The notes under the pieces are model-generated. The model made no database searches. It was not told where the DNA came from and worked only from the letters and a program-made list of their open reading frames with translations. Shown here in pieces: positions 1-12,100 of a stretch of DNA of 64,000 nucleotides. Where the stretch lies: contig CM102288.1 of NCBI GenBank assembly GCA_046563655.1, positions 5,146,001 through 5,210,000 of the forward strand. Reading direction: 5' to 3'. Position numbers and translations under genes: made by a program. The stretch is from Yuukianura sp. NJ FZ-2021 (lineage: Eukaryota). How positions within the stretch are numbered: the stretch's first letter is position 1; every line of letters starts with the position of its first letter.

Positions 1-19
1 ACAGCCGGATTTTTTAAAT

Positions 20-134
20 TTGACATACCACGAATTGGTACCAATTTTTTGGATACCATTTTTTTTCTTGACAACAAGACAGGTAGTAATCAACCTGTTA
101 AAGAAACTTAACGTTCCGTTTTCAAAAAACCTTG
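20..134. mobile_element. Right end of a CAAGG-terminus MITE (same family as 38882 and 41266)
   Basis: aattggtaccaatttttt...aacctgttaaagaaa...aaccttg matches the right ends of the copies at 41266-41526 and 56724-57125. Confidence 0.65.
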
Positions 135-197
135 GTTGTGGGCATTTTCTATATTTTTTAAAGTTTTGTAGGTTTTTTTTAAAAGTTGAACTTATAC

Positions 198-3100
198 CTG
201 CCATTCTAATTTTACTGAAGTAGAAGACGTAGCATACGCTGTTTTTAATAGGACGACAACCGGCGACTCGAGTTGTTCCCGCGCTTTGCTTACGTCATCG
301 CCGGCACTCTGCCGAGTGGAGAACGTAGTTGTTGTGACAGGATCCGAAAGTGGACTGGGAGGTGACAAAATCCCATCAGCACTAACGCTTCTGACGAAAA
401 ACAAGTATTCTGCATTGGGTTTAAGATACTGAAGAGTGGCTGTCTCTATGGATACTGTTGCTCCTAGCAACCACTCTGATTTGACCTCTTGAGCACTGTA
501 GTACTCCACATTAAACGTGATTCTTCTAATCGAGTTTCCTCTACTGGAGAAAGTTGCAGTCGGCAGAGAGGGAGTCGACGATAATTGAAAATCTGAGGGT
601 GTTGACTCGGGAAATTTGAAAAAATTTGTGGGAGATTCATTTGTAGTTTGATTGGAATTGGTTCTGGGCCTGCTTTGAATAATTAGATTGTACCCGCCGT
701 CGTCTTCATCCTCGTCCTCCATTTCCCGCAACTTTTCGACGCCCGTCTCAAACTGCCCCAGTGCCTCCTCATAGTCATTGTCATCCTCATCTTCTTTTGG
801 CGGTTCTTTCAGGTTCAAATTTCCTGAATTTGGATTGTCCGAGGAAAATTTGGCGCCAATTTTCAAATCCATGTCGTCCATCGGTTCATCTCCGAGCATC
901 GGTTCGGTTTTTTCGGAGATTCGCTTTTCCGACTTTTGCTGAGTTTTAATAGTTACCCGGGGTTCAGCTGAATTCGGTTCGACCGAAAAGTACTTTGGGT
1001 GCCAAGCTATAGTGACTGAAGTGGAGTCGACCTTGACAATGTGTGGTTTCATGGGTGAAGGGCGCAGGATATCTCCGTTGGAACTTCCTGGAAAGCCGGG
1101 GTTAAAGTTTGGGGTATTTTGAGACGTAACGGTGAGGAAGCTTCTCCAAACGTATTTGCCCGAGCGTGAAGACGCCACGCACTCGTACATTCCCGCATCC
1201 TCCAAAGTGAGATCTAGAATCAGAAGATCAAACTTCTAAAAATAGAAAAGGGAAGCTCCCTGTGGAAAAAGTCATAAATTGCCCAGCTCATGCTTCATTT
1301 AATCTTGATTGAGTCTAACAAAAATGGCCAAGAACAAGCTGAACAACCCCCTGTAGGCCCCCCGCCAACTTTCTCAGCGGCAATTCCAACTTTTGAACAA
1401 CTTTGTTAAGAACCAACTTTCTGCCAATTTTCATAATTTTTCAAAAACCTAGCGATTTTCAATGTGCAGATTCTTTTTTGGAACAAACGAATTGACAAAA
1501 ATTTTGAATAAATTGTAAAAACTACAACAGAAATTTTGTTACACCGAAACAAGGAGTTTTTGCTCAACAAAATGAAACCCTTAGCCTTAAACCTTTAGCG
1601 CTAAATTCTTATAGTGTTCTATGCTTTTCCTATTGCTGTGTTCCAGTTAATAAATTTTTGAAGGAATTCGGAGAATGTTTCTGAGTCTTTTACTATACTT
1701 TTTAGTGTTCTAGAAACGCAGAGATGCTGGATGCTGGAGATTGAGGAATGTGTAGGTTTTAATTTTCCCAGAGAGAGAGAGAGTTTTGGAGAAAGTTCTC
1801 TTGTTCATCATGTTCCAGATTCTTCATTTCGCCTCAAAACTTTATTCTGTCGATTCAAGATTTCCCGCCAGGCAAAAGTTGAGAGCTGAGCGAACCGACG
1901 AGGGCTGAATCCGAATTTGGCGGAATGAGGGATGAGGGGAATGTGATCCGCATGCAAAGGAATGCGGCAGATGCTTTCTCCTAACCAACCTTCCCCTTAA
2001 CACCACCAATTCCATGTCGCAAACGACAAGGAGCCACTTTCCCTCCAAACGACACAGACAACATCCTTAGCTCGTCTTTCCAGACGTGCCAAAATTCAAA
2101 AGGAGACACGCCCCTCCAAAAGTCATTTCAAACTGGCAGAATTGGTGATTCGGCTTAAGCCGATTCATACAAAACGATCTCAAGAGAACACGACTTTTGA
2201 CAAACATAAATCCTGCATTTATAATTGAAAAGTTTGTTTTTATCAGGGTTCGAAGGCTGTAACTTACGTCCTGTAACTTACGTAACTTACGTACGTAAGT
2301 TACGTAATTTTCAGAGGGGTTGTAATTTTCGAAATTTTCATTCTTTTGAATTTTGAATTTGAATTCTGCTCGAGAAATACCAGGATATTCTTCGAGCAAT
2401 CTGCTCGAGAAATACCAGGATAATTCTCCAGCAGTCTGCTCGAGAAATACCAGGATATTCTTCGAGCAGTCTGCTCGAGAAATACCAGGATATTCTTCGA
2501 GCAGTCTGCTCGGAAAATACCAGGATATTCCTCGAGCAGTCTGCTCGAGAAATACCAGGATATTCTTCGAGCAGTCTGCTCGAGAAATACCAGGATAATT
2601 CTCGAGCAGTCTGCTCGAGAAATAACATGATATTTTTCGAGCAGTCTGCTCGAAAAATACCAGGATATTCTTCGAGCAATCTGCTCGAGAAATACCAGGA
2701 TAATTCTCGAGCAGTCTGCTCGGGAAATACCAGGATATTCTTCGAGCAATCTGCTCGAAAAATACCAGGATATTCTTCGAGCAATCTGCTCGAGAAATAC
2801 CAGGATAATTCTCGAGCAGTCTGCTCGGAAAATACCAGGATATTCTTCGAGCAGTCTGCTCGAGAAATACCAGGATATTCTTCGAGCAGTCTGCTCGAGA
2901 AATACCAGGATAATTCTCGAGCAGTCTGCTCGAGAAATACAAGGATATTCTTCGAGCAGTCTGCTCGGGAAATACCAGGATATTCTTCGAGCAGTCTGCT
3001 CGAGAAATACCAGGATATTCTTCGAGCAGTCTGCTCGAGAAATAGGTTAGGTTAGGTTAGGATTGGTTAGGTTAGGTTAGGAAATTTGAAAAAAATCGGT

Positions 3101-6100
3101 GGTAGTACACGATAGTAAAATTATTCCACCAATTTTTACTTCTAAATATTTTTTTAAGATTCAGAAACAAACATATTTTCGAAAAAAAAATTAAGTTAGT
3201 GTTGCATGAATTATAACTTCAGAAACAATAAGTTACTTTATACTAACTAAGAAATATTTACTCTGTTAAACTGATCGGTAAAGTTTGAGTGGGAGGTGGA
3301 ACATGCCGACATGCGACACCAAAAAAAAGGACGGTGTAAGAGGTGATGAGATTGGAGTAATCATAAGCGAGCCTGAGGAAGAGTTAGATGTGATGGCAAT
3401 GGAATAATTAGTGTTATGTTTCTCGAACTATTTGTGTTAATTGCGTTAAGTGTGTTAGTTTAGTCTTAAAAATAAAATAGTAGTAAATATTGTCTACCGC
3501 AGTATATTTCTATCAAGCCTTGGTTTGATTTTTAACGCAATTAGATAGTAGATATTAATAGTTTATGGTTTGGGGATGGGAGTGGGGTGCAGGCGGCTTG
3601 TTTTGAAAATTACAATCTTACGTAGATTACGTAAGTTACGATAATTACGTAAGTTACGTAGTTTTCGGCAAAAATACCGTAATTTTCGAACCCTGGTTTT
3701 TATGGTTCCCAAAACCGGAAACTATTTATGTGTTCAGTAATCCTAACACGCCGTTGCATATTGTATTTTATCAGTTGATAGGAAAAAATCCATTTTCAAT
3801 ATTTTGGATGCTTCTTTTTCTTTATTTTTTAGTTTGACTTAACGCGACTTATGCTCTAATTAAACTTTCTAACAATAAGTGATGACTCGCAATGTCGACT
3901 CAACAAGAGACGCTTTTTCTCTCAACAATTTCTGTGACCTTTGACCTCTCCCTCGCCAAGCGCTCTCCTCTCTCTCATCCAGGATGAACATTTTAAGGTC
4001 GATTTCTATTCCGCCTCAGTCTTTCCTTTGTCTTTGGCGATGGATCCTGAATGTGGAATCGTGAGTGCATAACTAAGGAGAAATCGGAGGAATCCGACAA
4101 AGCAACTGAGTCGACTTGACGTGAATCTCAAGCAATCCCAAGTGCAATCGGAGTTGAATACAAAAGTAGCTTTTAAGAAATCAGCACACTTTTATGGGGC
4201 TTTCCCCTTTGTCTTTGAAGCACAAATGGACAAAAGAACAGTTGTGCTTTACCGTTAATACGCAGAGTTCCTGCCGCGTCTGTAAAGATGCGGTGATTGA
4301 GGGGGAAGGAGTTGGAATCCTTGTACCATGTGATCACAGGGAGCGGACTTCCTTCTGCTCGACATGGCAACACAGCCACCCCACCTAAACTTCGCGTTTC
4401 GTTACCCGCTCCAGTCAAAATTATCGGTGGCGGTAAATCTTCAATCGGAGTAACCTGAAAAATTATTTGAAAAAAATTAAATTTTTTAAAATCATAGATT
4501 TGCATTCCAATGGATTTTAGTTTTGATTTCCACCAATTTTTGACATCTCTATCACTGACATCACATTAGCAGAGGACTGTTTCAGATTGCCCCAATATGA
4601 CTTTTAAAAATGGCGGGAAAATGTAAACTCTTGAATTTTGTTTTCGTAGAAAGCTTTTGATTGCATTCATTTAATGTAAATGGAAAACAGAGTGGAAATA
4701 CATGTGAGCCGAATGTACTGGCCGGACTAATTTCCTGTTTGAAATTTTGGAATGCGGGAAAATTTTGAATTTTGGCGGTCAATCATTTGCTTACCTTCAG
4801 ATGGATTTTGTGCATAACCGATCCAGCGTACGAAACAGCAGCACAGAACCAAAACCCTTCATCCCGCTCCGACACATTGTCAATCTGCAAATGGAAAAAA
4901 GAGACACCAGATTAGCTTTCCCCTCCGGACACACCGCCCCCACGTCATCTCTCTCACACTATACTTATTATCCACCCCTCCCCACCCACTACTCATATTT
5001 TCCCCCTGCTACTATACCCCCCCCCCCTTACACCCCCAGACCCCCCCCCACCCAGCCTCAATTCAATTAGCTCACAAACTTTGACTGCCTTTCACTTTTC
5101 TCAATTTCCTCAATTACTTTCACCAGAACCTCCTCCGAGCCAAAACTGTCTCCCTGCCAAACCCAATTTCAGAAACTCGGGGTAAAGTCGGAGTATTTCG
5201 ATGAATTTCAGAAAAATGATACTTTTTCGAAAATGTATTTCGAAAAGTAAAAGTTAACTTGATTTTGCGTGGTACCTTGAGTGTTCCGTCCTGGCCAACG
5301 TGCAAGTTATGAGATGACGTTCCTTGGAAAACGACAGAGTGACTTCCTTCTTTGGACCAAAAAAGCGTGGGATGTGGATCTCCCTGAGCAACACACTCAA
5401 ACACTGCACTTTCGTTTGGTTGAAGTTCAAGGTCGTTTGGTTTAACTGTAAAAATGGGTGGAGCTGAAAGGTTCAAAATTTCAAGAAAACGTTTAAGAAA
5501 GAAACTTATTTCTGTTTTTTTTTTTTTTTGATTTCCCAAAGTTTTGCGGCTTACTCAGAATAGTGATTGTGGCAGCAGATACGATGGATCCTGCTTTGTT
5601 CTCAGCGATGCAGCGATAAACTCCGGCGTCTTCTGCTGAAACGTTTGAAATCAAAAAGCGCTCTTCGTCAAACCGAGCTCTTTTGAGCGGCAGACTCCCA
5701 CGCTCCTTATTCCATGAGATTTCCGGTGGCGGATCTCCTCGAGCGACACAAACTACATAAAAGTGAAACCGCGGTCAAAATTTAGAAAATTCAGAATTTT
5801 TAAGAATCCAACACTGTTGTACCTAGTGATACGTCGCTTCCTAAAAGCGCAGACGTATTTGCTGGTACGATTGTAAACTGCGGACGGACGATGACTCTGA
5901 GATGAGCTGGATTTGATTGTCGAAGGCCCACGATACTTTTGGCTACGCAGACGTAGTTCCCCTCATCATCTTCTCGGACGTCCGAAATGCTTAGACTCCC
6001 CAGTCCTAGCACGGTGAATCGCCTAAGGTAGTTAGAATTACGAATTAATTGCAATTCACAAATTCCTGCACGTACTAACGAAAGAATTAATTCTAAAAAC

Positions 6101-9100
6101 GCTTTGACTTCTTAACAAACGCGCAAGAAAAGTTAAATTTTAATGTTGCATTTCTTTTCAATAATTTTTTTCGGCTTGTAATTATAATTATGTTAAGTAA
6201 TTCGGTAAAATAGCTGCAAGTAATTATAGAAATTACTTGACCCTCGAAACTGTGTAATTCCTAGTTCCGTGCCAGCATAAATCTGAGTTCCAAAAGATTA
6301 GAACAAAGGGAAAGTCATGAGTGTTGCATTAATTAAGGACGGGATTACATTCGGATCTAATTGAAAAGATTTGAGAGTGAAGATCAAGCGGAGAACGAAA
6401 AGCTTCGCTTGCAGCCTCCGTGAATGCCCAACTCTGCTTTTGTTCCTTTTGTGTTTTGACTTATGTGCGGTTGGAAGTGGGCGGAAGCTCCATCAAATAT
6501 GAAATTAGAAAAGGAAACCATACACATGTGGGCAGGATTTATGTCTTCCCAGACTCTCCACAATGGAGAAAGCACAAAGTCACAAAATAATCCTCACTAC
6601 AGTTACTCCTTTCACCACAGGCACAAACCTAGTCTAACGTAACATAACGTAACTGGAGGCCACAAGTCAGGATCTAGAAACCACAAATTATGTGCAACAA
6701 TCCACTCATTTAGACCGTCTAAAAAAATTTTAGAGCTGGAGGGAACTTTAAATTGGACACAAAGTTATTTCTAATTTGCTCTTTCTTGTAGTAAGTGTGC
6801 TGTGTCTAAACGTGCTTCAAAATTTTTATAACTTTTTTTTTTCAAAATTTTGAAAAAAGTGCTTACCCAGCCCCTTTTACATCAATGACTTGTCCGTTCT
6901 TTTTCCAAAATACTTTTGGTTCGGGATTTCCACGCGGCGGTTCACAGTCCAAAATTGCCGTTTCTCCTTGAGCTATCCACGTATTTTGTGGAGAAATTCG
7001 GAAGTCTTCACGAAGTGCTAAACCACAAAAGAAAAACAGCCAAATTTGTTGAAATTTTCAAAATTCAAAATTTTTGAAATTTTTTTTTGAAAAATTTGGA
7101 TGGGTTGACATTGCCAAAGTAGGAAGGGATGCATCATGAAAAAGTTTCTGGAAAGTCAAAGAAGTCACCAGTGCAAGCATAATTCAATCACCGTTGATTC
7201 CCTTTGACTTCAACCGTAGAAAACAACTATACCAAAAAAAAAAACTGAAAATTCTTTCAAAATTATGAAACAAAATAATTTTTTTATTACAAAAACTGTT
7301 TCAATTTCCGCCTACTTTTTGTCTCTTACTTGTATGATTTAAGTTTGTGTAATTGTTTGTAACCCAACAATCCCTTTATACAAACCCACTCGAGTGTTGC
7401 TGACTTTTTCCAATCGACAGACTTTTATTTGACGGCCGTCGCTTGACTTTTGTGCTTATGACAGATTTGAATTCTCCCTCCACCCATCACAACTTCCCGC
7501 ATTTTTTCCACACGTCGACTCCAGGATTTGAACCCACACCGTTAGGTTGACGTTAGGTTAGGGTGACTGTTTGTAGCACACTTTTGAGCACAACGTCCTT
7601 CCACTTGAAGTGATACGCAGACGATAAAGAAATTAGGACCAGCTATGAATCACCCTCTCAATTTAAGTTTTAGGCAAAGTCAGCGGAAGGCAAAACGAAA
7701 CCGCCCGCCAACTTTCAAAATTTCAAATTTTAAGCAACTCCTCTCCTTTCCCGCTACTCTAATTTCAAAAGAAGAGGAGTCCTCAACCACAAAACGTTCC
7801 TTGACTTTGTTCGAGTGTCGTCTTGAGACCACTTCCGTTCCACAAGAGCATATGCCGCACTCAACCAACTTCCACTTAAAACTTACACATTCACGTAATT
7901 TCCTAAATTAATGTTTCAACGTCTTCCACTTAAGCACCCACAAACTTGGCGCCAACTTTTGAAACTCAGAAAAAACCATTTCCAAATTCAAAATTCAGTA
8001 TAGCCTTTTCTTGCAATTGTGAACTTACACGAAGTCTCATGTATTCCTCTCCTCCATAGTATGGTTTTCGCAAGGTTCCTATGGCAACGAAATAGTTTCT
8101 TTTAACAGGTTGGGCAATAAGTCCTGCTTACAAAAAATTACACCCTGGAAATTTTTTTCCATTTTCTAACGTCCAAGTTTTGAAGAAGTTTGCGAATGAC
8201 TTATTTTGAAATTGAATTGTTAAAAAATTAAAAGTGATGACACTGTTTTGAAGTGTTTTCGTTTTTAGCGGTTTTGTTAAATTTTCGAAATCCACACTCC
8301 TGATCAGGTGAATGGTGAAAGTGAAAGGTTGTTTGAAAAGAAAAATTCGAGTTTTTGCCACTTGAATAGAGAGAAATGCGGTTGTCATTACACTGCCTCT
8401 TTTGCTTTCTGTTCCAATTCCCACTTTCTCCATTTCCTTTTTACAAAAGAAAATAATACGTAATTTTTTTTTCAAATTCTTTTTAAAAAATTCTGTTCTT
8501 TTCAGAAACATGTGTTAAGAGCACGCTGTTCCATTCTTTTGTGAAAGATTTATGTTTGGAACTTATGCAAAATTAAGTAGAGAAGGAACTTGTAAAGCTT
8601 CTCATAAAAAGAAGTTTTTTGTGCTCTTTTTCTAGAAAATGAGGATGTAAGTTTGAACATGAAATGAGCATTTTTTCTCTTTCTAATTTCGGGTTTAGTT
8701 TGAATGAAAGCAGAACACCTGAAAATTAATATGGAAAATACGACAAGAGAATCATAATTCTGAAGAATCGATTTACGAAAAATCGTTTTCTCCTTCAAAC
8801 TGACAAGCTGATTATTACTTTCCATTTTCACTCTTCAATTTTTAGGGCCTCACGTTTTCATTCTCTGCTTAATTTTCTCTACTCACCATTTTTATCAAAT
8901 TTTTCAAAAAAGAAGAACTCAAATCAAAAATTCCTCATCATCACGTTCCTCATTTTAGAATCAATCTTAACTTTCTACTCTTCATAATCATTTTCTCCTC
9001 GAATCCAACAAAAGACGATGAACAAATGAGAAAACTGAAACAATGGAAATTATAAGAAACAAAAACTGCTGTAGAAAATCTACTCTGCGTAGCTCAATAA

Positions 9101-12100
9101 TCAAGAAATTTTAATTTTGAACCATGATTTAATATTTTTTGAGAAGAAGTGGGAAGAGGTTTTGGAAGTGAAAGCGAGTGGAGTGAGTGGTGAAAATTGA
9201 ATTGGTAAATAGTATTGGAGATATCGGTGGACAAGAAAATCCACTTGTGTCCTTGGCTGCATGTTCTAAATCCATTAGGTTTAGAAACACAAAAATGATG
9301 AGGCTCTTTGGCCCTATGGATTTTTAGCTGATTCTCACGTACTAAACACACGAAAACAGAAATTCAAACACGCAATCCAAATAACTGTCCACCATAACTG
9401 CATAAGCAGCGTTATATATTGTAAACAACGAGTGGGTGACTTCCATAGTTACTCCCTTCACAAAACAACAAACACTTTTCCCGTACCCAGAGAAAGCGCA
9501 AAATTTTGAAAAGTAGAATACCTGAAAAAGGTAAAAATTTCATTCAAAAAACTAAAGTTAGGAGTTTGAAAAAATCTCAGGAAATTCAAAAGGCTTATTG
9601 GGATTGGGAATGAATTTCTAAAATCGAATGTGGAATTAAAAATTGTCAACTGGAAATTTTTTTGAGAAATTCAAAATATATTTTTACAAAATGTGACAAA
9701 TTTTGGAATAAAAAGGACATTGAGAAAAAATTGAAAACAAACAGCTCAAAAATTTGAGCGAAAGAAATTGGAATTTCATTCTAAAGATGGAAAGGAAAGA
9801 AAAAAAATAAGAAACTCTACAGGAGTAGAATTTATGAGAGCCAAAAATTCCAAAAAGTGGGAAAGTTCAAAAATTGGGAATTTTCAGAATTGGAGGTAAC
9901 GAAAGCAGAAAAGCAAGAAATAGGTGTCTGTTGAGAAGTGAAAGTGGAGAAAACAAAATTGTGTGGCCTTGGAAGGACTGTTTTTCGTTTAAAGGGGATT
10001 TCCCCATTATTGTTCACCATTTCCCTAAATTGTATTTTCTCTCCTAAACCTCCACGTTTTCCCGCGTTTTCTGTTTCGACTTTACTTTAGTACTTTCCCG
10101 TTCAAGATCTCTCTGGTGAATCTGAACTGTGTACAAACATTGACTAATCTCATTAAACGAAATGGGAAGTCATAACCGTTAGACCTAATAGGAACGACAC
10201 AGAAAACAGTTGGAAACTTTCTCTCCACTTCACCTAACCTTGCAAGGCACTCCACAATTCAGTGGATTCTCAACGACCAAAATCCCTTCTATTTACACTA
10301 AATTCATTAAAATAACTTGCACTTTTTCAGAAAAAAAAATCCAAACAGGGTTACATTTTTTAGAACAACCTGCAACGAACAAAATTTAGAAAGAAAAAAA
10401 GTAATTTTCTCCAAAGTATTTAACTTCGAAATGGCACAAACTTTAAATTTTGGACCGAGATTGCCCCGCCCAAATCACACTTGCTGGTCATAAATTTTCC
10501 AAGTTTTCTACTTTTTTTTTCGTAAAATGTGGCCCGTAATTACAGGCTGGTTGACAAGAAATATTGAGCCAAGTTCAAAATGGATTTTCACTTCCTCTTT
10601 TCCGCTCTCAGACTTGCTAATTACTTTTCTTGATAATGGGCCTACAAAAGTGATATGCATTGAACATACAGATTTTTTGGGTTGATTAAACCCGAAATTG
10701 GAATTCACTTCCCCTTCATTACAGCCTTCGGACGTAATTTCAAATTTCCCGCTTTCACCTTTCCCCCTGCTTTCTCTTACGTCGTACCAGCTTCCAAGGG
10801 ATTCCACCTTGGTTAGGGTAGGAAGCCAAACCTAGCTTTAGATTTTCCTAACCTAACCTTCCACTTATAAGCCAAACGGAGCTTGAAAATTTTCCATTTC
10901 CTCCAAGGTCTCAAAATCACGATAAATGTCACAAGGGAAGAGTGCGGGTCGTATTTTACCCCTCCTCAAGATGACCACCCATAAAACCCCTCCACCCGCC
11001 AAATTCAAAATCAACTTCCCCTCTTCCCGCCAAATTCAAAATCAACTCCCCAAGGTTGCTATAGCAACGAAATAGTTTTCCTTTAACAGGTTAGGCAATA
11101 AGTCCTTTTTTGAAAAAATCTTGAGTCAAACAATTTTTTCCACATTTTTTCTACATTTTCCTTTTCTACTTTGAATTTGCCATTTCTCAAAATTTTTGTT
11201 AATTCCGTTTACCATACCAACCGCGATTGAAACTCGGCGAATTCAGTTTTGTTAATTTTTCGGAAAAATCTTAAAACTTGATTTGATGCCTAACCTGTTA
11301 AAGAAAAAGTGTTTCTTTGTTTATCCACCTTGTCAACTCTCCCTCTTCCCGTCAAATTCAAAATCCACTTTCCCTCTTCTACACCTTCCCTCCTGTAAAT
11401 CTCCGCAGTCCAATCAACATTTAAAACCCGGAGAATGGCCATTTCAACGAAAATTCAAACAATTGACACGGGTAGTTTGTTATTTTAAATTGACTTTCAA
11501 TTTCAGCGCCTTTTCAAGAAATAACCAGAGGTAAGAAGTCAAAAAACCTTCGAGTGACATTCGAATCCATCATTTTTGTAATGAGTTCAATTTCCCGCGT
11601 TTCCATTGGGGTGCATTTTGGTGAGTTGGAAATCACCTTGTCCACTTATAATTCCACTTCCTTAATGCTCTGTAGTCATGACACGGTCCAACTACAAAAC
11701 ATAATCACAAATCTCCGGGTGAAAGCTAGTGAAAGTTAGGTCATATAAGGTTTAACCTAGCAAAACTGAGCACAGAATATCAGTTCCTAAGTTACTACGC
11801 CCTGAAACTGTAATTAACCTGATGACACTTTGAGCCAAGATTTGAAATTTGGCGCGAAAGGGTAAAGCTTTCTCTCGGCCTCGAATGAAATGAAAACCTT
11901 TCAGGTTAATGAGAAAATTAACTTCGTCTTCTCATTATGTGAATGTTCTAGATTCAGATTAACTTTAATTGAAATTGATGAGAGTTTTAAAAACTGAGAA
12001 CAGTTCTTACAAAAATTGCACAACTTTAGCTTCTCTGTGGGCGGCAATAAAGTAATTGAATTTTGTTTTGCTGTCATGCAACACATTTTAGACGAGATGT

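Larger units (their letters stand above)
2244..3695. mobile_element. Non-autonomous hAT-type DNA transposon (1452 bp) in a robo intron
   Basis: 11-bp TIRs CAGGGTTCGAA (2244-2254) / TTCGAACCCTG (3685-3695). Perfect 8-bp target-site duplication GTTTTTAT (2236-2243, 3696-3703). Subterminal TTACGTAA-type repeats at both ends. No transposase ORF. Confidence 0.9.

Noticed and set aside
2067..3055. Long ORFs on both strands, and the CRISPR-like look of the 35-bp palindromic repeats
   Set aside because: The ORFs are translations of the tandem repeat. The units abut with no unique spacers, there are no cas genes and the context is eukaryotic.
4747..5070. Proline-rich plus-strand ORF
   Set aside because: It arises from a C-rich intronic tract and the antisense of a robo exon.
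8881..8895. Minus-strand ATG|GTGAGT as an alternative robo first exon
   Set aside because: A phase-0 donor is incompatible with the phase-1 exon at 7017; the joined frame hits a stop.
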